A DNA stretch of 64,000 bases from Arenicellales bacterium (GTDB taxonomy: Bacteria > Pseudomonadota > Gammaproteobacteria > BMS3Bbin11): the NCBI GenBank assembly GCA_029287915.1, contig JARFQE010000125.1, positions 18,114-82,113 of the forward strand, read 5' to 3'. The position numbers and the translations under genes were made by a program. Under the pieces are notes generated by a model. It did not search any database, had not been told where the DNA came from, and saw nothing but the letters and a program-made list of their open reading frames with translations. This document shows, one piece after another, positions 28,275 to 38,531 of this stretch (positions are counted from its first letter, which is position 1; each line of letters begins with the position of its first letter).

Positions 28275-29222
28275 ATGGCAAGTCACAGGAACGGCACAAT
28301 GAATGAGGAACCTACAGATATGCAGGAAGATGAAACCCAGGCTGATGTCTCTACATCTGGAAAGTCTGAGGCGCCATTGAATGAACCAATCACTTCTGAA
28401 GCAATGGCTCCTGATCTCAAAAAAATCAGGAAAAAGGCATTGCGTCGCTATTTTCGTGAAGAAGAACTCAAGCCCTACCAGGCAGAGCTGATTAAAATGC
28501 AACAGTATCTTGAGCAGACTGGTAAACGCATGATCATCCTGTTTGAAGGACGTGATGCGTCAGGCAAAGGTGGCACCATCCGTCGTGTAACTCGCTATAT
28601 GAATGAAAAGCACTATCGTGTGGTTGCCCTTGGCAAACCTACCGAACATGAAAAAACCCAGTGGTTTTTCCAGAAATATGTTCGCCAGTTTCCCCGTGGA
28701 GGAGAAGTGGTTCTGTTTGATCGAAGCTGGTACAACCGTGCCATGGTTGAGCCTGTATTCGGATTTTGCACAGATATAGAGTATAAAAATTTCATGCGTG
28801 GTGTTGGCGGCTTTGAAAAGGACCTGGTACGTCAGGGAACTATTCTGGTCAAACTTTATTTCAGTGTCACAAAAGATGAACAGAAACGCCGTTTTGAACG
28901 CCGCAGGCATGACACCCTGAGACAATGGAAGCTTAGCGAAGTTGACGTGCAGGCACAGGAGCGCTGGGATGAGTTTACCAATGTAAAGTATGAGATGCTG
29001 AAAAAAACCCATACCACGCATTCTCCATGGAAAATCATCCGCTCGAATGACAAGCATCAGGCCAGGATTAATGCGATGAAGGTAATTCTCAATTCTGTAC
29101 CGTATGAACGCCTCGATCCCGATCTGAATTATGTTCCTGATCCAGAGATTGTCCTTTCCGGTTCAAGAGAACTGGAAAAGATGGAGGAACAAAGATTGCG
29201 CGGCGGAAAATTCCTCGACTGA
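28275..29222 (+). CDS. ppk2: Polyphosphate kinase 2 paralogue with acidic N-terminal extension
   Basis: 315 aa. GRDASGKGG, FDRSWYNRAMVEPV; ~55-aa acidic N-terminal extension absent from the first copy. Confidence 0.9.
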   Translation: MASHRNGTMNEEPTDMQEDETQADVSTSGKSEAPLNEPITSEAMAPDLKKIRKKALRRYFREEELKPYQAELIKMQQYLEQTGKRMIILFEGRDASGKGGTIRRVTRYMNEKHYRVVALGKPTEHEKTQWFFQKYVRQFPRGGEVVLFDRSWYNRAMVEPVFGFCTDIEYKNFMRGVGGFEKDLVRQGTILVKLYFSVTKDEQKRRFERRRHDTLRQWKLSEVDVQAQERWDEFTNVKYEMLKKTHTTHSPWKIIRSNDKHQARINAMKVILNSVPYERLDPDLNYVPDPEIVLSGSRELEKMEEQRLRGGKFLD

Positions 29223-29632
29223 TAAATCAGACATAGATATAGACACTATGAGCATCAGAGGAGTCGTTTAACATCGGCTTGTGACGCTGTGTCTACATGA
29301 TACAGATGGCTGTCGTAGCTACCTGATCAGCAAACAGTTCCGTCGTGAATGGCGGCATCACTGTTCTTTTTTTACCCTGTCCTGTAAAGTTATCCTGTCG
29401 ACTAAAGTGAAGGCCTGTACCGTTCTCAGATGTCAATGTCTGCCATGCAGCGCCGGCGGCAGCCCCTTGCAAAGTTCATGCTTATACGTTGATTATTAAG
29501 GAATTTGTGTGTCTGAGGAATTCATCACGCGGATGGTAATGTCTTCGGAAATATGGCTGCCGCTAGTTATAGTAATTCGCTTGTAAAAGAGTATACTAGC
29601 ATCAAAAACGTTATTCAGAAGATGAGGAAGCA

Positions 29633-29935
29633 ATGTTTGGTCGTAATAATAATGAGCTTAGTACTGTCAGTGAGTATATAGATAAAAAGAGCCGTCTGAT
29701 TCTGAAGAAAAAGGAAATTTTTCGCGCCAGGATCGATTATGCATTGCATGGTGAACATCAGCACTATTTCAGTAAGCAGGATGTTTATTCCAGCAATCAA
29801 AATGCACGCTGTAAAATCTGTGGTCTGTTGCTTTCTGAATTCAAGGTACAAAAAAGGATTGAAAACTGGGCTCCCAATCTGAAGTCAGTCCACCGACAGC
29901 AGTCACAGGCTAAAGGACAAACTCAATCTGACTAG
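29633..29935 (+). CDS. Hypothetical protein (100 aa)
   Basis: ORF with GAGGAAG SD upstream. Contains CKICG; no recognisable family. Confidence 0.3.
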   Translation: MFGRNNNELSTVSEYIDKKSRLILKKKEIFRARIDYALHGEHQHYFSKQDVYSSNQNARCKICGLLLSEFKVQKRIENWAPNLKSVHRQQSQAKGQTQSD

Positions 29936-30036
29936 ACAATTGTCCGTAATAAGAAAGTCGACAATAAGTCAACAAAAAGAAAATCAACACCATCTATATG
30001 TACACCTGGCAGTATCTAGCAGGTAACGCACAAACT

Positions 30037-30681
30037 TCATACTGGAAATATGACTGGCTGATCGCCCTGCTTCCAGACGGGAAGCTTCAACATAATAGAT
30101 TCAAACAGCGATGATTCCAGCAGTTCCTGCAACCACGACTGAAGTCCTGGATACGGTGCCTGGTCAAACCAGGCTTTATCGACAAAAGCAAATTGCCGGA
30201 TGAAGGGGAATATGCCTATATCTGCGATAGATAGCGATCCTCCCAACAGATATTTAGATTGGCTTAATGCCTGTTCCAGGTCCTGCAAAAATTCTTCCCC
30301 CTGACTACGATAGTATTCTGCGGGGTATTGCGGGTAGCGGTCGGCATACTTGTAATGATCCAGATCTGTCTTGAATGAATAATCATTCATCTCGATCAGC
30401 ACTTCGGATTTAAACAGATTAGACTGACCTGATCCCAGCCACAAATCAGGATCATTTTGTCTCGTCGCCCAAATCATAATATCCCAGCTTTCGTCGATGA
30501 CTCTTCCATCAGCAAGTTCCAGTATTGGAACCGTCACCTTGTTTGCCAGCCTGAGCATATCATCAGGCTTGTCATTGAGAAGAACTTCACGGAGTTCTAC
30601 CTTTACACCGCTATACTGTAGCGCCATACGTGCCCGCATGGCATAGGGACATCGCCGAAATGAGTATAGTACTGGTAGCAT
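30037..30681 (-). CDS. Glutathione S-transferase family protein
   Basis: 214 aa. N-terminal thioredoxin-like GST domain (YSFRRCPYAMRARMAL...VPIL) and a helical C-terminal domain. Confidence 0.75.
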   Translation of the reverse strand: MLPVLYSFRRCPYAMRARMALQYSGVKVELREVLLNDKPDDMLRLANKVTVPILELADGRVIDESWDIMIWATRQNDPDLWLGSGQSNLFKSEVLIEMNDYSFKTDLDHYKYADRYPQYPAEYYRSQGEEFLQDLEQALSQSKYLLGGSLSIADIGIFPFIRQFAFVDKAWFDQAPYPGLQSWLQELLESSLFESIMLKLPVWKQGDQPVIFPV

Positions 30682-30707
30682 TGGTGAGACTTATCGCTGA
30701 TCTATTG

Positions 30708-31121
30708 CTAGTGCAAATTAAAATCTACTGCTACCTGGTTATGGTATTCATTATCAAAATCGAATTCGATGGACACTTCACCATCATTTTCATTAATTTT
30801 TACCTGTTTCAAATCAGGTAAGCGGATGGCAAGATAACTGCACATAGCACCGGCTACCTGCTCATTATCTGTTTTTAACGCATGAAGAAGGTTTGCCACC
30901 ACAAACTGGGCACGCTGATTAATATCCGGGTTAATGACTTCTTCATCACCTATGGTAATCCCCTTAGCCATTTGCTCATCCATTTTATCCAGATAAGCCG
31001 CCTGGTGTTCTGGTAGCAACTTTTCCCTGTCATATTCAAGTTGCGCTACACCGTCCAGCAATACACCCATCACATTACTCACTTTTTCACACCTGTCTGC
31101 TCTAGTATATTTTTGATCCAT
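30708..31121 (-). CDS. Hypothetical protein (137 aa)
   Basis: Co-oriented 26 nt upstream of the GST gene; no recognisable motif. Confidence 0.45.
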   Translation of the reverse strand: MDQKYTRADRCEKVSNVMGVLLDGVAQLEYDREKLLPEHQAAYLDKMDEQMAKGITIGDEEVINPDINQRAQFVVANLLHALKTDNEQVAGAMCSYLAIRLPDLKQVKINENDGEVSIEFDFDNEYHNQVAVDFNLH

Positions 31122-31290
31122 GAATTCTAGCTGTACTAGTTGAATTCTTCACCTGCTGATTATTATATGGGATTTCTCATTTTAAATTCGATTTCGTCAT
31201 GGCAGGCACTGCCTTTTCTATGTCAACAAAGTTTATTCTCTGCTGAACCACCGGACTTCATGTGCTGCAATCTGCACACCAGCTTTTTTA

Positions 31291-31524
31291 CTACGAGCCG
31301 TTGTTGACTCTACGCAGCGAATCAACCCAGTTATTCGGGACAGTTACACCGAGGCGAATATAATCACCGACTTCATTCTCGTACCAACCACGGTCATTCC
31401 GCAGTGGCTCAACGGTATACCCCCACCAGACGCCACTTTCATCCTGAGCAATCCAGTTGATCCAGCCGGGAACATCAAAAGGCAGTGCCTGTTCACCTAT
31501 CCTGGATGTGTTGTTCTCTGTCAT
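31291..31524 (-). CDS. Hypothetical Trp-rich small protein (77 aa)
   Basis: ORF only; WINWIAQDESGVWWGY segment; no recognisable family. Confidence 0.35.
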   Translation of the reverse strand: MTENNTSRIGEQALPFDVPGWINWIAQDESGVWWGYTVEPLRNDRGWYENEVGDYIRLGVTVPNNWVDSLRRVNNGS

Positions 31525-31884
31525 TGGCTATCTGCTGGCAAACCCTGCTCTAACATCCAGACTACTTGTCCTCGCACTTTCCGCCTCCGCTCCATACTAC
31601 GCCCTCGCGTATCTATGCTGTATCGTTCTGGCAATTGCATTCTGGCTCCTGGGGAATCGAGCACATCAAAACAAGGCAGTTTCTCTGAACATCTAACTAA
31701 TTAATAACTTATTCAACAGCTAAAAACAAATAGCTGGTTATTGTTTCGATGTATACAGGCATCCAGTAATATATTCGTGTGTTTTAGCAGAACAGCTGGT
31801 TGCAGCATGTCCAGCAATGGCAGAAAACAGGAAAGCAATGAGATAATTCATTGTACACCGAACCCGCAATGACCCAGGGAATCA

Positions 31885-33342
31885 ATGATGGGAAATAAAT
31901 TCGCCGGTCTTTTCAAACCCGCTGACGAATATCGCCTCACCAGCTGGCTGTTTCTAAAGATACTCGCACTAATTTATTTTGCCGCGTTTCTTTCTCTTGC
32001 AGTTCAGATTAGTGGCCTTGCAGGCCCTGATGGCCTCCTTCCTTTTCATCAGTATCTTACAAATACCTACAGGGACATGGGTAAGCAGGCCTGGGTGCTC
32101 ATTCCCAATGTGTTCTGGCTGGATGCCTCGGATACCGCCCTTACCGGTGCGGCTTATGCGGGAGTAATTCTTGCGGTTCTGCTATTTTTCGATCGCTTTC
32201 GGCTGTTTGCTCTTTCTGGCATGTTTCTTCTGTATCTATCATTGTTCCATGCCAGTGGTATTTTCCTTGGCTTTCAGTGGGATACGCTACTTCTTGAAAG
32301 CGGATTTCTGGCAATTTTTCTGACACGAAACCCGACAGGTCTTGTGATCTTTCTTTACCACTGGCTGCTGTTCCGCTTCCGCTTTATGTCCGGCTTCTTC
32401 AAGCTGGAAACTGGAGACCCGGCGTGGGCCGGACTTACAGCTCTGAATACCTACTTTGAGACCCAGCCGCTGCCCCATATAGGCAGCTGGTATTTTCACC
32501 AGTTACCTGAGTTTATTCTGAAGGCAGGTGTGCTACTGACCTTTGCAACAGAGCTAATAATTCCGTTTTTCATTTTTCTTCCACGGCGATTCAGGCTGTT
32601 TGCAGCAGCTGTAACCATTTTCATGCAAGTACTGATTATCGCAACCAGCAATCATAATTTCGTTAACCTGTTGATTATTTTACTATGCCTGTTCCTGCTC
32701 GATGACAGGATTGTTTCGCGGATTATGCCAAATGGTCTGCAACAACGAATAATTAATCATGGAAAACAGGCTGGTATTCTTTCCACATCAGTTCTGGGTC
32801 TTGCTGCAGTGATAATTATTACCAGCAGCCTCACAACTTTCTACTGGAAAGTGACCAGGAATCCTGTTCCGGAGATCCTCGTCAGCACAAGCTCAGTCTC
32901 CCATCAATATGGTATTGGTCATATCTTTCATATCTTTCCGACCATGCAAACTGAAAGACAGGAACTGGAAATACAGGGCTCGTATGATGGCAGGAACTGG
33001 TATAGTTATATTTTCAAATACAAACCCGGACCAGTAGACAGAGCGCCGCGATTTAATATTCCACATCAACCTCGACTCGACTGGATGATGTGGTTTATCC
33101 CGCCGCAGTCGAGTATGGACGACTACTGGTTCCGACAGTTGTTGAGACGCCTTCATGAAGGCTCACCCCAGGTGCTAGATTTACTGGAATATAATCCTTT
33201 CCCGCAACAACCACCACGGTATATACGGGTACTGGCCTACCGATATCATTTTACTACACCTGAGCAACGTTCCGAGACCGGTAACTGGTGGAGACGCGAA
33301 TATCTCGGTATCTTTCCCTATGTCAAACCACGGCGTCCCTGA
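31885..33342 (+). CDS. Lipase maturation factor (LMF1-like) family integral membrane protein
   Basis: 485 aa. YRLTSWLFLKILALIYFAAFLSLAVQISGLAGPDGLLPF N-terminal pattern typical of bacterial LMF-family members, then multiple TM helices and a soluble C-terminal domain. Confidence 0.65.
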   Translation: MMGNKFAGLFKPADEYRLTSWLFLKILALIYFAAFLSLAVQISGLAGPDGLLPFHQYLTNTYRDMGKQAWVLIPNVFWLDASDTALTGAAYAGVILAVLLFFDRFRLFALSGMFLLYLSLFHASGIFLGFQWDTLLLESGFLAIFLTRNPTGLVIFLYHWLLFRFRFMSGFFKLETGDPAWAGLTALNTYFETQPLPHIGSWYFHQLPEFILKAGVLLTFATELIIPFFIFLPRRFRLFAAAVTIFMQVLIIATSNHNFVNLLIILLCLFLLDDRIVSRIMPNGLQQRIINHGKQAGILSTSVLGLAAVIIITSSLTTFYWKVTRNPVPEILVSTSSVSHQYGIGHIFHIFPTMQTERQELEIQGSYDGRNWYSYIFKYKPGPVDRAPRFNIPHQPRLDWMMWFIPPQSSMDDYWFRQLLRRLHEGSPQVLDLLEYNPFPQQPPRYIRVLAYRYHFTTPEQRSETGNWWRREYLGIFPYVKPRRP

Positions 33343-33411
33343 AACACATCCTGCACCAGCCTGCCAGGTTAGTAGTGTGAGATAGTGCGCAGATTCAGTG
33401 CATATATAATC

Positions 33412-33945
33412 TCAACCTGCCTGGGCGCTAAATGCCTGCAAATGATTGTATGATCCCTGCAGCAGGTTTTCATAGGCACGTATCAGGTCATCATGCGTCG
33501 ATTCGGAAATAGCCTTCTGCAGGTCAGCAATATCGGTCTCTTCGATGAATATACCTACCTGAATGGCCTCGGCAGAGCTGATGCTTCCTCGAGCAACCAG
33601 TTGATCATACAGAGATGCCAGCACCGGGTTTGTAAAACTGCCCGTAGTATCACTAGTCACTGGATCAGCAACTCCATAGGTCGCTAGCATTGCGGCAAGT
33701 GTATCCATATGCGTTTGCTCAGATTCGGAAATATTATTAAATATTGACAGGTTCCAGCGATCATACAGGGTGCGATAGACATCACGTGCCAGTTTTTCCT
33801 CTTCACGCATATAAACCAGTGTTTGCACCTCTTCAGTACTTAATGTGCCAGTCCCTCCGCCACCCGATGAGGTTGATGAACCCGAATCGGAACAGCCAGC
33901 CAGTAATAAAGTACCCAGAACAAGAGAATAGATTATTTTTTTCAT
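33412..33945 (-). CDS. DUF2202 ferritin-like lipoprotein
   Basis: Start placed at MKKIIYSLVLGTLLLAGCSDSG (lipobox LAGC). YMREEEKLARDVYRTLYDRWNLSIFNNISESEQTHMDTLAAML is the DUF2202 ferritin-like signature. Confidence 0.65.
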   Translation of the reverse strand: MKKIIYSLVLGTLLLAGCSDSGSSTSSGGGGTGTLSTEEVQTLVYMREEEKLARDVYRTLYDRWNLSIFNNISESEQTHMDTLAAMLATYGVADPVTSDTTGSFTNPVLASLYDQLVARGSISSAEAIQVGIFIEETDIADLQKAISESTHDDLIRAYENLLQGSYNHLQAFSAQAG

Positions 33946-34142
33946 GATACCGCACCATTGCATATTAGATATTGTTAATATATTAAAATAGCGACAATAG
34001 TTCAGTGACCTTCTCACAAAACCCCGAGCTAAAGAGCAGCCGGCCTTTCTGACTTTATATCTGCAAAATAAAGTCTATAATTTGTATCATTAAGGGTTAA
34101 ATACCCAGTATTAGCAAATAATTAGAAAATAATATGTCATGA

Positions 34143-34151
34143 GGGGGGGGG
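34143..34151 (+). repeat. Homopolymeric G(9) tract between an upstream ATG (34139) and the diguanylate cyclase reading frame
   Basis: Directly read as atga-GGGGGGGGG-agcc. ATG 34139 is +1 relative to the downstream long ORF. Ten Gs would fuse them and add MRGGGAVIDPTVKKNRSISSLVLLSI... (a complete TM1). Confidence 0.9.
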
Positions 34152-34221
34152 AGCCGTTATCGATCCCACTGTTAAAAAAAACCGGTCTATATCTAGCCTG
34201 GTTCTGCTCAGTATCGTACTG

Positions 34222-35835
34222 GTGTCATTATTACCAGTAGGCATAATTGCACCTTTCCTTTACAGAACGGCCTGGGAGCATCAGCGTCAGGAATTGATAG
34301 AGAAGCACCAGCTACTGGCACAGAATCTTGCTGAGCCACTAAAGATGTATGTCAGTAGTCACCATCAGTCATTACAGATTCTGGCCAGCACTATCAATCA
34401 ATTGTCCTATCAGGATTTAGCACAATATCAGAGCTTAGTTGACCAGGCAGTCCATTTTCTTGATGGATTCAATGCCATAGCGCTACTCTCTACTGATGGA
34501 GAACTCAATGCGTTATCTGTTGCTGACAACATCCAAAACGGCTCACATAGACCAGACTATAGCACGCACCCGTGTTTCGAGCGTGTTCTGGAAAACCGGG
34601 CCTCTGACATCTCCAGTGTTCATGCCAGCTTAATTACTGGCGAACCGGCCATTGTCATGAGCCAGGCCATAATAAATTCCAGCGGACAGATTAGCGGAGT
34701 TCTGTTTGCAGAACTTGATTTGAAACCTGTTGAGATAATTCGCAGCAACATTCAGTTTGGCATAAAAGGGCATGCTGCTATTGTTGATAGCGAAGGTCAG
34801 GTGATTGCACACCCAAACCCTGAATGGGTTAAAGAAATACGTGATATTTCAGACTGGCCGATTGTTCAGAAAATGATCAAGGGTGAAACTGGTGTAATGG
34901 AATTTTATTCCAGTTTCATGAAAGCCTCCATGGTTGCGGGATTTGCAGGAATCAACGAACTTGGCTGGGGCATCATGGTTCCTCAACCAATGTCTGAAAT
35001 AGAAGATACCGTTAACGCAATGATATTCAGGGTCGTGATATGGTCACTCTTTGGTATTCTAGTCGCAGTCATTGCCGCGTTCTTTCTGACACGATGGATT
35101 ACTAAACCAATAAACACTCTTGCTTCTAAAGCCAGTAAGCTGGATATTTCTTCATCTAAAGATTCTTTAGGTGTGGTACCTGAACACAGCCCACTGGAGG
35201 TGCGCCAGCTGTGGGATGCACTATCCATGCTGGTAGTTCGCCTCAGAGACTCAAGTAGCGAGATTGTTCAGTTAAACGACTCTCTACAAAAAAAGGTTGA
35301 CCGGGCAACACACGAGTTACGAGAAGCCAATGAGCGCCTGCATAAATTGAGTGTGCGTGACTATTTGACCGAAATTGGCAACCGGCGATATTTTGAAAAT
35401 ACCCTTAATGAAACACTAAACAATTCTTCTGGCGCTGATATCGGTATCATGTTACTGGATATTGATAATTTTAAGCAGATTAATGACAAACATGGTCATG
35501 CAGCCGGTGATTACGTATTAACCCGTGTCGCCGAAGAATTACACAAGTCTACTCGTCCCGGCGACATTATTGCGAGATATGGAGGAGATGAGTTTGTTGC
35601 ACATTTCAATTGTGATGAGAGTACGCTGCTTAACAGGGCTGAACAGCTACGTCAGACCATGGAGAACACAACCTTTACCTGGAACGACGAAAAAATACAT
35701 GTCACACTTTCTATCGGTGTACTCAGTCAAAAATATGATGCCAGCACAAGTATAGATGAATTGATGAGCGCGGCAGACAATGCGATGTATGAATCCAAAC
35801 AATCGGGTAGAAACAAGGTTTCAAAATACCATTAG
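34222..35835 (+). CDS. Sensor diguanylate cyclase (periplasmic Cache-like domain, HAMP, GGDEF)
   Basis: 537 aa as called, from a GTG inside a TM helix. Second TM IWSLFGILVAVIAAFFL, HAMP, coiled-coil, then RYGGDEF with intact A-site. The true start is probably ATG 34139 (see poly-G tract). Confidence 0.85.
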   Translation: MSLLPVGIIAPFLYRTAWEHQRQELIEKHQLLAQNLAEPLKMYVSSHHQSLQILASTINQLSYQDLAQYQSLVDQAVHFLDGFNAIALLSTDGELNALSVADNIQNGSHRPDYSTHPCFERVLENRASDISSVHASLITGEPAIVMSQAIINSSGQISGVLFAELDLKPVEIIRSNIQFGIKGHAAIVDSEGQVIAHPNPEWVKEIRDISDWPIVQKMIKGETGVMEFYSSFMKASMVAGFAGINELGWGIMVPQPMSEIEDTVNAMIFRVVIWSLFGILVAVIAAFFLTRWITKPINTLASKASKLDISSSKDSLGVVPEHSPLEVRQLWDALSMLVVRLRDSSSEIVQLNDSLQKKVDRATHELREANERLHKLSVRDYLTEIGNRRYFENTLNETLNNSSGADIGIMLLDIDNFKQINDKHGHAAGDYVLTRVAEELHKSTRPGDIIARYGGDEFVAHFNCDESTLLNRAEQLRQTMENTTFTWNDEKIHVTLSIGVLSQKYDASTSIDELMSAADNAMYESKQSGRNKVSKYH

Positions 35836-35964
35836 GACTCTCTATCTCTGATTTATTAAAATTTTTAATATTTTCCTGCTATTATGAATGTTATGGGATA
35901 AACTTATTCACAAATTTATAATTCTACTCCTTAATTAGACAATTAGACCTGAACCACGTAAAAG

Positions 35965-36912
35965 ATGAAAAAACCAGTTCTATTCTGTTTGCTTACACTC
36001 ACTCTGCTGAGCACATCGACAACATCAGCAAAGGATAATTTATGGGATAACACTGATTTATGGGACAACACAAAGAATAACTCAATACAGGTTGCAAAAT
36101 TAGGTAACGAGACTAATAGCAGGAAAACAGCTGCTATAAATAAATGGAGCTCTCTAAACCCTAACAAACTAAAGCTCAAGTCTGCGTCAGCACTCGTTGT
36201 GGACATTTATGGTAATGATGTCTATGCCAAAGATGCCAACAAAGCCCGGCCCATAGCATCCATCACCAAACTTATGACTGCCATGGTGACTCTTGATGCA
36301 AAGTTACCACTCGACCAAAAAATCACCATCACAAAAGCCGACAGGGACACAATTCGTGGAACAGGGTCACGTCTGAAATATGGCGCGTCACTGACACGCA
36401 GAGAAATGCTTATCCTGGCCCTGATGTCTTCTGAGAACCGCGCTGCTGCCTCACTGGGCCGCACCTACCCCGGTGGTATGTCTGCTTTTATCAAAGCGAT
36501 GAATAATAAGGCAAAATCCCTCGGTATGAAGAATAGCCGATTTGCCGACCCGGTCGGACTCAAGTCAGGTAATACTGCCTCGGCCAGGGATCTGGTTACC
36601 ATGGTGCGCACTGCCATGAAGTACCCACTAATTCGACAGGCCACAACTACCAGAAAAAAGACGGTCTTTCCTTTCAAGGGACATGGGCCGCTTCATTACG
36701 GCAACACAAACCGACTGCTTAAAAACAAGAACTGGGAAATCCGCCTGAGTAAGACAGGTTATATAAATGAAGCGGGCCGTTGCCTGACTATGCAGGCGGA
36801 AATTGTCCATCAACCTCTTGTCATCGTGTTGTTAAACTCATACGGAAAACTGACGCCCATTGGTGACTCAAATCGTATCCGCAAGTGGATAGAAAGGGGA
36901 GTCAGTAGCTAA
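35965..36912 (+). CDS. pbpG: D-alanyl-D-alanine endopeptidase (PBP7/PbpG-like, class C low-MW PBP)
   Basis: 315 aa, signal peptide, SITKLMT (SxxK), SENRAA (SxN), KTGY (KTG). Short tandem LWDNTDLWDNT at the N-terminus. Confidence 0.85.
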   Translation: MKKPVLFCLLTLTLLSTSTTSAKDNLWDNTDLWDNTKNNSIQVAKLGNETNSRKTAAINKWSSLNPNKLKLKSASALVVDIYGNDVYAKDANKARPIASITKLMTAMVTLDAKLPLDQKITITKADRDTIRGTGSRLKYGASLTRREMLILALMSSENRAAASLGRTYPGGMSAFIKAMNNKAKSLGMKNSRFADPVGLKSGNTASARDLVTMVRTAMKYPLIRQATTTRKKTVFPFKGHGPLHYGNTNRLLKNKNWEIRLSKTGYINEAGRCLTMQAEIVHQPLVIVLLNSYGKLTPIGDSNRIRKWIERGVSS

Positions 36913-37295
36913 ACCACGCAGCTTCTGCGGGTCAAGAACGGGGCAGTATCTCTGCAGCCTGTAGCAGTAATGGCATTCTCAACTGCTGGCTAGAACAAAT
37001 ATATTTCTGCTTAGCACAATGATGATAATTACTGCTGCTACTAGTACTACTACACCCTCTGACAGTAGCAGAGACTAAACGCTGATTCTTCCTGAAGCGA
37101 CTATTTTCTATCAGTCAGACCGCATCTGGCGTGGCCAGAATCATCATACCAGTAACTCCATATAAAAGCCGCGAACGCCAGCTCAAACAGCGCACGAACT
37201 CTGCTTTCACACAGTGACAGACATTGACAGCAATTAATCATAAATTCTCCCTGATAGCGTCTATACTAGAACCAGACAAAATCAAATGAGAGCAC

Positions 37296-38531
37296 ATGAT
37301 GAATCAGGAACAGGCCGTCGATTATCTTAATAATCTGCTAAAAATAATGTTAAGCAAAGAGGCTTCAGATCTTTTTATATCAGAAAATTTCCCGCCATCT
37401 ATTAAGGTCCATGGTGAAATGACAGCGGTGTCTGACCAGCGACTAAGTGCAGTACATACTCGAGCTATTGCCAATGCCGCAATGAATAAAAAACAGCGTG
37501 CAGAGTTCGCAGAAGAATTAGAGTGCAACTTCGCTATACACCCAAAAGGAATTGGACGTTTTCGTGTAAATATATTTCAGCAACAAGGTCATGTTGGCAT
37601 GGTCTTACGTACCATCACAACAGAAATTCCAAATTTCGACAGTCTTCAACTACCGAAAGTTTTGAAGGAAGTAAGTATGGCCAAACGTGGTCTGGTCATT
37701 GTTGTCGGTGGAACAGGTTCAGGTAAGTCAACATCCCTTGCTGCAATGATCGACCATCGCAATGAAAATTCACATGGACACATCATTACCATCGAGGATC
37801 CTGTTGAATACGTTCACAGCAACAAAAACTGCCTGGTAACACAGCGTGAGGTAGGGGTAGACACAAAAAACTGGTTTGCGGCATTAAAAAATACCCTGCG
37901 ACAGGCACCAGATGTCATATTGATTGGTGAAATACGAGACCAGGAAACGATGGAATACGCTATCGCCTTTGCTGAAACAGGTCATCTGTGCATGGCAACA
38001 CTACATGCCAATAGCGCAAACCAGGCAATGGATCGAATCATTAACTTCTTCCCGGAAGAAAAGCGTCAGCAGCTGCTGATGGATTTGTCACTGAATATGA
38101 AATGCATCATGTCTCAGCGCCTGATACCAACGGCCGATCAAAAAGGCCGTTGCGCCGCCATTGAAATTCTCATGAATACACCCATGGTACAGTCGCTTAT
38201 TTTTAAAGGACTGGTTCACGACCTGAAAGAACAAATGCAGAAGGGGGCCAAACACGGGATGCGTACTTTTGATCAAGCACTGTTTGAGCTATATGAGTCA
38301 GGAAAAACAACGATTGAGGACACCTTGCGGAATGCAGATTCTTTAAATGAACTGAAGCTACACATCAAGCTAAATAGCAAACGGAATGATCATGTTGATG
38401 ATGCAAAACCAAAGGCGGAATGGAGTATCCTCGGCGAGGAAAAAACTCAGGACGACGACGGTATAGCAAATTTCATGCGCAAGGAAGAAGATCCGCCTGC
38501 TAGCAGTGGAGATCAGAAAATAGCCAGCTAA
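37296..38531 (+). CDS. PilT/PilU-family type IV pilus retraction ATPase homologue with ~60-aa C-terminal extension
   Basis: 411 aa. Walker A GGTGSGKST, Asp/His boxes, PilT N-terminal domain. There are no other pil genes in the window. Confidence 0.85.
   Translation: MMNQEQAVDYLNNLLKIMLSKEASDLFISENFPPSIKVHGEMTAVSDQRLSAVHTRAIANAAMNKKQRAEFAEELECNFAIHPKGIGRFRVNIFQQQGHVGMVLRTITTEIPNFDSLQLPKVLKEVSMAKRGLVIVVGGTGSGKSTSLAAMIDHRNENSHGHIITIEDPVEYVHSNKNCLVTQREVGVDTKNWFAALKNTLRQAPDVILIGEIRDQETMEYAIAFAETGHLCMATLHANSANQAMDRIINFFPEEKRQQLLMDLSLNMKCIMSQRLIPTADQKGRCAAIEILMNTPMVQSLIFKGLVHDLKEQMQKGAKHGMRTFDQALFELYESGKTTIEDTLRNADSLNELKLHIKLNSKRNDHVDDAKPKAEWSILGEEKTQDDDGIANFMRKEEDPPASSGDQKIAS

Noticed and set aside
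33744-33947. Upstream extension of the DUF2202 ORF to 34017 (MRRSLNYCRYFN...)
   Set aside because: The lipoprotein signal peptide begins at MKKIIYSLVLGTLLLAGC (33945). The extra 24 codons are unlikely to be translated.
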